Of a stretch of DNA of 64,000 nucleotides, positions 54,930 through 64,000 are shown one piece after another. The notes under the pieces were generated by a model. It ran no database searches. It was not told where the DNA came from and saw nothing but the letters and a program-made list of their open reading frames with translations. The stretch lies in the NCBI GenBank assembly GCA_964188305.1, contig OZ076888.1; one strand, 5' to 3'. The translations under genes were made by a program, and so were the position numbers. Source of the stretch: Podarcis bocagei (lineage: Eukaryota). Positions within the stretch are counted from its first letter, which is position 1, and every line of letters starts with the position of its first letter.

Positions 54930-55136
54930 CAGAGCTTTCCAAACCTTTCATGTTGGTAACACACTTTTTAGACATGCATCATTTCCACGACACAGTAGTT
55001 CAGTTTTACTACCAAACCAGAGGTGAAACTAACCCATTTCCAGCCCCGGGAGGAGCACGGGGAGCGTTCGCACAACACACCTACACACTGCAGCTGACAT
55101 ACTAATATGTCGCGACACACAGTTTGGAAAGCTCTG
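54930..55136. mobile_element. hAT MITE
   Basis: Perfect 15-bp TIR CAGAGCTTTCCAAAC; TTCTAATT flanks both sides (right copy offset by 2 T). Confidence 0.85.
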
Positions 55137-58100
55137 TTTTCTAATTCCTCTGGCAGCCTTCTTTTCATTTATTTATTTATATTTTAACTTATCTTTCAAT
55201 TACAATATTGGGACACGAAGGGTGCTTTAAAAATTTCCAGTTTATGTACAATTTTAAACAAGGTTTAAACACAGACTAACTCTGTGAGCCTATACCAGTT
55301 TACTCAGAAGTAAGTCCCACCTAATTCAATGGGGTTTACTCCTAAGTAATCCTAACGTCTTAGCATCCTAACATCATGTTCAAATCCTGGTATTTCTATC
55401 TCATTCTGATGCTTGCACCATGTGCTAATTAAACTCCTTTTCAGATTGGTTGTCCACTTCCCATAGCTTCTATATGCATTTTCCCTTGCCATTCATTTAC
55501 TCTGTTCTAAGTAACACTGCAGAAGATTCATGCATTACTTGACTGAATGCCTGATTGCCCCTCTTCGTCACTTAATTTCTGCCATTGCTATCTTCCACCC
55601 CACCACAGACTCTCTATTTATTTGATTCCTTTGTAAGCCTGTGTAGGTATCACTTTAGGATCCGTATCCTGTTGGAGTAACTGGACATGAGAAGGAGTTA
55701 ATTTCCTTCATGTACGTAAATCACCCCAGGTGCAAGGTGAGCCAAGCCATTGCTTTGGTAACAGCTCAGTGCCCTGACAATATCTGTGGTTAATGCATGC
55801 CAGCTCAGCAGTGTCTCTTGGTCTGCTGTTTGTCTGTCTGTGTGTTAGTCAGTTACTTTGTATTGTATGCATCTGTATCTGTAAACCCCACAAGCTGTAT
55901 ATATATATATATCTGTCCAGAACTGTTTTACTGAGCCTTATCTTCTGCAGCAGTAAACTATCTGAACTGGTCTTTGCTTCTGTCTGGTGACTGGTATTGG
56001 GAGCAACTTACACTGCCTATCTTACTTGAGATTCCCAACACCGTATCCTGTTAAATGGGTTTCCATCTCCCACCATATATCATAAAGCAAAACTTGCTGT
56101 ATATGTTGGACCATCTGGCAAAGAATTTCCCTGCCAGCAGCAACCATTGATATAGATATGGATGGTAGTGGTTAACAAAATGACTGGATGGCAGAAGAAA
56201 CCTTTTGGTTTTGGACTAATGTGGTTGTTGTTTTTACCAACCCCCCAGGCTAGAACCCAACACTTTAAAAAACACACATGCATTAAAAAGTATTATCGAG
56301 GACTGCACAAAGAACCATTTTAATGGCATTTAAGTATCATTTTTGTTCCAGATTATCTACTACAACCATAAATGCCACAATGAATTGTCAAGTGAAAACA
56401 TAACTGACCGGTATTGCAAGGGGAAGTAGGGAGGTAGGTAGATATTTAGTTTATCTGTTTTTCAAAGAAAGGAAGGTGTGTGTATGTGAGATAATTAGAG
56501 GCCTTCAAAGAGGAGAGAATGAAAAGAATGAGTCTATTTAATTCAATGACTGGAAGAATGAGACTATAATGAGGCATAAAATCATTTTATAAAAAGGTAA
56601 ATTGGCCTTTCATGTTCAAGTAGTCACACAATAGAATGAACTGGCCATTGCTGTGGAAATTAAATAATGTAGCAGAACTAAACAGAGAAACCTAATACTT
56701 GAGCAAACAAAATGTTAATATTTCAGGAATGAGCAAACTGCTAATTTTTATGGGACTTTCAAGCCCGTGTGAGTGTGTGTGCATCTTTTGCAAATGTAGG
56801 AGTCTACAGAGCCCCCAAACTCCCTATTCTGTTGTTCTTATTTTCTCTTTTCAAAACATGAAATTAATAATTTTTGGGGAAAAGAGAAATGAAAAAAATA
56901 AAAAAATCACAATTATGAAATAATGAAATAGTTACAAAACTTTTTAAAAAACTGGAAAGCCATGAAGGAAACACAAATGCACGAGGAAACTAAATTTGGA
57001 TGCAACATGCACAGTGCATGTATGGCCTGGGCTCCCAGTGATTAACAAAAAACCTCTAGCAATTGAGAAAGACTTGAAAAGTGTCCTGGGAAACTATGAG
57101 AAACTATGAACTGAATTTTGACACGCACAGCAAAATAAACATATAAATAAAATAAATGGTAGTTACGTATGGGTGCCACCTCTGAGAGCACAACAATCAC
57201 TGACACAATCTCAGTACAGGGAAAATATCCAATTACATCAGGAGGTTACACAGATATGCAGTTTTTAGGGCCAAATTCAGTTATCCTAAAACAAACAAAA
57301 CCCCAAAATAAAAAGTCTATTTAGCCAGAATCCCTCTAGAATGATGATGCCCAGGTCAAGGATGACCTACTGAGCATTTATAAATCTTGCATCGTTATTG
57401 AAGATACATTGTGGAAAGAAAGCCAGTGCTCTGTGAGTAAGTCCCTTTGGTAGGAATACAAGCAAAAATTGTCTGCAACTAAATGGAATAGATTCTTCCT
57501 AGGTTGTAAGTAAGGTACTAAACCAAATGTTTAGGAGATAAACACGGCAGCCACAGGAGCAAGCGGTTCCATAGCCAGCTGCCATGTTAGTGGTCAAACA
57601 ATGGAAGGTAAGCACTCTAGGTCTTTGGCAACCGATGACTATGAAAAATCTGTTTGATTTCCTAAGTGAGGTGAAGTGCGAAAACACCCTTTTAAGTGCA
57701 GGTTTTCAAGTCACCTGCCCTAACTCTGCTAAGATTTTGACACATCTTGGATGAATTTGGCATGTAATTCCGCAGTAAATCGTAACAATTGTTCTGAGAT
57801 TTATTGCTGTACTTTTCTTGTCTACATGATTATATCTTTGGCTGAAGCTTCCAGGCTGTAATTGTATGGTAACTCAATGTGTTTATGACTAGTGCTTATA
57901 ATATCTTTGTTTCCTAAGGCATTCTTGTTTAACAAACAAGTATATAGTTCATTGGTAAAGAATAAACATACTAACAACAGTATGTATAATGTTAAGGTAT
58001 AAGCTTAGGAAAATTAGCTGGGCAAACCAGGAGGAAATGCAAAATTCAGTGCTGCCATTTTATCTTGCCTTATGGACAGCATGGTCAACCTGTCTCTGCT

Positions 58101-58261
58101 TCGTATGATGTACAAAAGAACACCCCATTTAAGCTCCACAGACTGTTAAACAAAATCAAAGTATAGAATTATCTTGCCTGCATTCATTTTCGATTAAAGC
58201 TTTTTCTTTTATTTTTTTGGCTCAAGGGTCACACTGAGGGTTCATTGCCCCCCTGACAACC

Positions 58262-58460
58262 ACATGCCAGCAAACATCTATGCACACACTCACATGTGTG
58301 TATGGAGTTGCACACATCCATTTACGGTACATATGCACACACACATACACAAAGCGAAAGGAGCATACATACACAGACAGACAGGGAGACGTGCGTGCGT
58401 GCACACATACACATTCATACATTCAGGTATGCAAACAAGCACACTCACTCACATATACAC
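58262..58460. repeat. Degenerate CA-rich low-complexity tract
   Basis: Direct inspection. Confidence 0.7.
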
Positions 58461-61400
58461 AAACAAAAATGAATTAATTGTCTTGGAATGGTTTCTTACA
58501 AGCACCAACAATGAATTCCAATTACAGCATAGTTAAAATAATTATCATGATTTTCCTCCCCCTACAAACATACTTTTAAAACATTAGTTGACACAAATTT
58601 GCTTGTGGGCTTACTTAAATGGGCTTATTTACAGGTAAGTGTGGCTAGGACAGCAGCCTTAGCTGCCTTGGAATGATTTACAATGGTACCCATGTAAATC
58701 ATGCTTCTAAGTAAGAGACAACTGGTGGAGTAGGTGCCTAGATCTCTCTTTAGAGTGGTGGGAGAGCAGAACCGGATGGGATGGTACCTTCCTGTTGTCC
58801 TTCCTACCTTCCTGTCTCTCTCCACCACCTTCTGTCTTTGCTGGGCGGGGCAATCTTCACCAATAACAACAAAGAGCAGTCAAAAGTTGCAAGCATTGTG
58901 ATGCCTTCTGCAGCAATTGAAAGTGATGGTTGAGTTTTGGCTGCCAACAGCACCACAGGCAGCTCCTGATTAGTGCTATTAAAAGTGCACCTGAAAGCTG
59001 CAACACTCACTTTTGGAGGACACGTTTTGGGGTGCTCCTACAAGCCCCAGTTCACAGAAAATTAGCTATCTGAGGGCAATTGGAGAAGCCCAATGAAACA
59101 CCTGACACATTTGGGAGGGAGAGGAAACTCATCCTCCTCTGTGATAAGTTTTGATTCAAAACTGGACCATATCATGAGACCTACTGTGGGCTGCTGCATC
59201 CAATGAGCCACTAACATTTTCTCTTCTTTTTCAATCAAGGATTTTGCTGACTGACGAACATCTATTTGTACTGGTTTCAGGTGTTAATGTGTATATTTTT
59301 GTCATTATTTTATTTGTGCTGCTATGAATGTTACTAACATAAGGTGATACGTTTTGTCAGTGAAGGGAGGAATGCAATTGTTTAAAGAAACAAATAGATA
59401 TTGATAATCTGATTCTGATTACAGACAAAGATTAGCAGGATGTGTAATATGGACACTTGCCACTACTGAGATTTGGCCTCCCAAAGTCCCTGATGTTGAC
59501 AGCTTTAGGACATTTTTAACCCACAGTGTCATATGGACAAAAAGGTTGCAGGGAGACGTTTCACAAACTCCCTCTTTAAGAAAATCTTGTGTAAAAAAAA
59601 AAAAAAGCCTCGACTATTGTAATGCTGTAGGCACAGGGCTGTCTTTGAAGACCATTTGGAAGCTACAGTTGGGTCCATGAGATAGTCCATATCCCAAAGC
59701 ACAGTACTAACAGATTCAAATGTTCAGAAAACACACAGCACAATCCTCATGAGACTATGACACTTCAGAACAAAGGTGGAGGGAATCAAAAGCCTGGGTT
59801 GGTTGGTTGGTTGGTTGGTTTGTTTATTACAATTTACTATTAAAATGGTTACTATTTATTACAAAAGAATGTGACGGAATTCTCATCCAGATAAAAGCTA
59901 TCTATTCTTAAATTGGGCTCTATACAATAAAGCCAAAACATTCAACAGCTACCCTTATTCAGCAGGATTAACATTTTATAGCTTCACTTTGCTTAATGTA
60001 TCATCTGTAGGAAACCGTGGCTGGGATTAACAAAGTATTAAATCAGGCAAAACATGAAATTCCGGAAGAGATTATAAAACTCTAGAAGTAGTGAGTGATC
60101 AAGCTTAACTGGACTTTGAAAACAGAAAGAGTTCTACTTGATGGATTTTTCATTAGATTAAAACCAGATATTTACTCACCATTAGAAGAGGGGGGAGGGG
60201 GAGAGAAACCCATCATTACAGAAGCCAAATAGAGGGACAAAGAGACAAAGAGACTTTAGAGACTTGTTTGTCTCTAAAGAGATATTCCAAATGCTTTTTG
60301 AAACATAGTTAAACAACCAGCTGGAGGAAAAGAACAACTGAATACTGACTTTATTAATTCATAGCAAAACCATAATGTAGGTTGATGCTTTAAGAAACAA
60401 CCCCCTTTATATTTGTCAGTTTTCACATAACTGATTTTCCTTCTAGTGTAGGCCTCCACAATCTGCACGCTGCCAAATGCTGTCCACAAGCAACATTTTA
60501 TAACCTGCCAATTGCTTAACAACCTCCCCCATTTTGCAGTTCTAGCTAAGCAACAAACCCTTAATAAGCAGCCACGCATAGCTGGTGGGCTGCATTGGAA
60601 TACTGGGCTCATGAAGACCTGCTCTAGAGGTGTTTTGCGGGGGGACTAAAATAAGTTTATTTTATTTTAATCTCTCCTGGAGGTTTTCTGAGCCCTAAAA
60701 ACCCACTCATTAATACAGAACCTGAATTGATCAAATGAAAAGGGGAAAAAAATCTTCACCTCTCAAGTTTGATCTAATGTATTCAAGCCAGTCTACATCT
60801 CATGCAGAATGAGGTGGTAGAATTCTAAATAGCATCACTTCGGATGCAACTTCATATAAGGATTGCTTACCCTTTAAAGATGCAATACAAAACATGCTTA
60901 ATTCTGGGTGGGAAATCACAGGAAAAGGTGCAATATTTAATTCACAATAAAGGGTACCAAGTAAAGCCTGTTTTGAAATAAAAATACATGGGGCAACTAA
61001 ATACAGACAGGTGCAATGATACCATTATGTATAATACCTTTTAAGGCTCCCTGATTCTGCAATAGAAAGGAAGCAAAAGTTCCAAGAATGGATAGCATAA
61101 GAGAGAATGGTGGCTCTTGTATTTATATCCTGCTTGTAAGCTCCTTGGGGCACGTTCCTGCCTTGCTACACTGCAAATTGTCAAGTACATTGGATAGGGG
61201 CTATAAGAATGAATAAATAGTAACACCACCATCACGATCTACAACACTGCCAAAGGAACATTTTTCTTTCTCCCAGTAGTCCCCAGCAAAACCTTTTAAA
61301 ACGGAGTTTGGCTCAGAGGCATTTTGGTGGGTTTTAAAATCAAGTGATCAAACCTATCCAATCTGCAGCTGCTCAAGTGAGTGTGTGGCTCTGCTTGGGA

Positions 61401-62409
61401 GGCATCTTAAAGATAAGCTGCAAAGAGCAAGGAGCGTGATGCCCTCTAATGTTTTCCAAAGGTCATGGAATTCCAGTGTCATGAAATGATTACATAAAGA
61501 GGATCTGTAGATTCTTATCTCCTCGCAGCGTTTCAGGCTATTCAAAGCTTACTGGCGCACTAACCATGGCTTATGATATAACTAAAGAGATACTGCCAGA
61601 TAACAGCAGAAATAATGACATGAGACAGGTAGCTGTTCACAGCAAGGCACTGAATAGGGTCTATAAGCGAGGGCTTGTGGGGATGAGCTGTGCTTGCCGT
61701 TGCAGAAAGTGGCTGCACAAATGAAGCTTAGACCTATCCTTAGACAGTTGTATCAAGACAGCAGCTCCACAGGCAGGGGCGTCACCTTTTTGCATGCAAA
61801 AATTCTTGCATCCCTGGCTGTGTGCCTCTATATATTTGCAGATTTTGTTTCTTCCTGAAGGCAATGCTTCCTCACCTGTGCAGAGACCATCAAGGGATGC
61901 TGTGGAATCTGGTGCCTAAAATATGGCCTGATGTGAGAACATAATTAACAGAGATGGAGAGGCTCTGGACTAGCCAGTTGTTGACTGAGAGATTAAGCAC
62001 ACTTTCAGTCTTCTTTTCCAACATTTATAGAGATTCTTTTTGTTTGTTTTCTTAACAATGCATTTTTACCAGGGTATGATACAATCTTGGAATTACTTTT
62101 AGAGTGATTTCCCTGGTACAAGTGGATGGTGAAGACAGGAGGAATTAATTTGAAATCTTTGCCCATATCTCTGTATTCACTTATTTTTTCTACTTCCTTT
62201 GCATTACAAATGATCTCAGCAGCTCAGATCCAGAAGTTTGTACAGAACAGAACAGACAGTGTACCCTTGTAGTAAGTACGTCTGGAAGCTTTTAAACTTC
62301 CAAATCTTGTAAGTCTCCTGGAGACCAGGGCAATTAATTCCCTTTTCCCAGATAAGTTAGACTAACAGCAAATACTGTTACCAAGGAACTCACATATATA
62401 CAGTCATTC

Positions 62410-62440
<31 letters not shown>

Positions 62441-62479
62441 CCACCTTTGGAAAAACTCTACTTGACGGTATTTAACAAA

Positions 62480-63470
62480 TACCACCCTGTTGCAAATCCT
62501 CCCTTTGAGGACAAGCTACTTGAGAGGTTTGTGGCATTGCAGCTGCAGACAGTCATGGAGAAAACTGATTATCTAGACTCATTACAAAGTTGGGCCTGGG
62601 ACTGAATCTGCCTTGGTCACCCTGATGGATGACCTCTATCAGGAGGGGACAGCAGAGAGTGTATCTCTTACTAGATTTCTCATTGGTTTTTGATCACTGT
62701 ATCCTCCTGGTATCAGAGATATTGTTCTGCAGTGGTTCAAGCCTTATCTCCAGGGCAGGTTCCAGAAGGCAGCATTGGATGAGTGCTTTTCAGACCCCTG
62801 GCTCTTGAACTATGGGATGCTGCAGGGCACTACATTGTCTCCAATGTTATCTGACATCCACACGAAGCTGTTGGGAGTGGGGGTTTTTGAGCAACGTCTG
62901 AATCAGGATTGGCTGAGAAGAACCTGGACTGGTGTCTAGATGCAGTGGTAAACTGCTAATAAACTGAGTCTGAATCCTGGCAAGATGGAGGCTCTGTGGG
63001 TAGGTGGTTTCTAGGTCTGGCAAGCTGGTAAACTGTCTGCCCTGGAAGGGGTCACACTCTCCCTGAAGAAGCAAGGGCTCCGTGTGGGGGTCCTTCTGCA
63101 CCCAGCTCTGCCACTAGAGGTGCAGGTGGCGAGGAATGCCTTTTACCAGCTTCTGTTGGTAAGACAGCTATGGGCATTCTTGGATCTGGATAGCTTGACC
63201 ACCACAGTTGTCCATGAATTGCTGAGCTCACAATTGGATTACTGCAATCTGCTTTATTTGGATGGGGCTGGTCTCAAATGTGGCAGCTGGGGGTGGGGGC
63301 AAACTACCACCAACAGGTGACATGTAACACCTTGAGGAATTTGCATTGGTTCCTAATCTGCTTCTGGGCCAGATTCGGCATGTTAGTGACATATAAGGCC
63401 CTCTACAACTTAGAGTCGGGTTACCTGAGAGACCACTTTATCCCTTATTTAATCTCAGATTAATTTGGGG
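62480..63470 (+). mobile_element. Degraded L2-clade LINE ORF2 (reverse transcriptase) remnant
   Basis: Frameshifted motifs GPGTESALVTLMDDL, QG..LSPML, SQLDYCNLLY, LRNLHWFLI...VTYKALYNL. Confidence 0.8.
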
Positions 63471-64000
63471 CAAAAAAATTAGTGTGGCTGCCTGTGGTTT
63501 TGTGGAGTAACGTTCTTGTTCAAGCAACTGAAGACCTTTTTGTTCTGACAGGCTTTCCTAGCTGGATAAATGGGTCTTTGACACAAGCATCTATTTTGTA
63601 TTGTTTTAGTTTTGTTTTAAATGTATCAGTTTGGGGGCTTTTAAAAACTGTTTTGATTTTACTTTGCCTTGAATCAGTTGTGTAGAAAGCGATTCATAAA
63701 TACACTAGTTAAACTAATTAAACAAAACTGCACCAGGGTTTTCATATTCTGCATCACAAAAAGAAAAATTCTACAACCTACACAAGTTTGTCGTATCAAA
63801 TCAATGATAAATGAATGAATGAAGAGCAGCAATCAGCTATGCCACACACTAAATCCCAGCCTTCTGACTGCTGGAATTTCAAAAAGAATTGTCTCAACAC
63901 TTTAAAGCCTCTGCTGACAGTATAAAGGTCTATAAACCTTTAACTTCTTGAAGAAAAATACACAACATAGTGTGATATCCAGGATACTGACTTGTGTGAC

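Noticed and set aside
42680-64000. Short ORFs in the large 5' intron
   Set aside because: No recognisable homology apart from LINE remnants; lengths are consistent with chance.

Overview
Vertebrate genomic DNA, probably a squamate reptile (lacertid-like, inferred from the SINE, hAT and Penelope content). The window lies entirely inside the ZMIZ1 (Zimp10/RAI17) gene on the minus strand. I can place 15 internal coding exons between 383 and 42679, all with GT-AG boundaries and consistent phases; the 5' exons lie beyond 64000 and the last exons lie before position 1. The introns hold hAT and Tc1/mariner MITEs, SINEs, L2/CR1 remnants and a Penelope end with a minimal hammerhead-ribozyme motif. The standout is a 1.6-kb non-autonomous hAT element (19275-20865; 14-bp TIRs, perfect 8-bp TSD TTATAGAA). 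It has captured the CpG-rich first exon of an unrelated gene, SORCS2, plus pieces of other transposons, and carries it in ZMIZ1-sense orientation: a Pack-MULE/Pack-TIR-like gene-fragment capture. Also notable: the 78-nt ZMIZ1 exon known from mammals appears to be missing, there is a 47-bp intronic fold-back hairpin, and a MITE carries a heptamer-octamer POU site. Comparisons to human proteins are from memory, not from a search.
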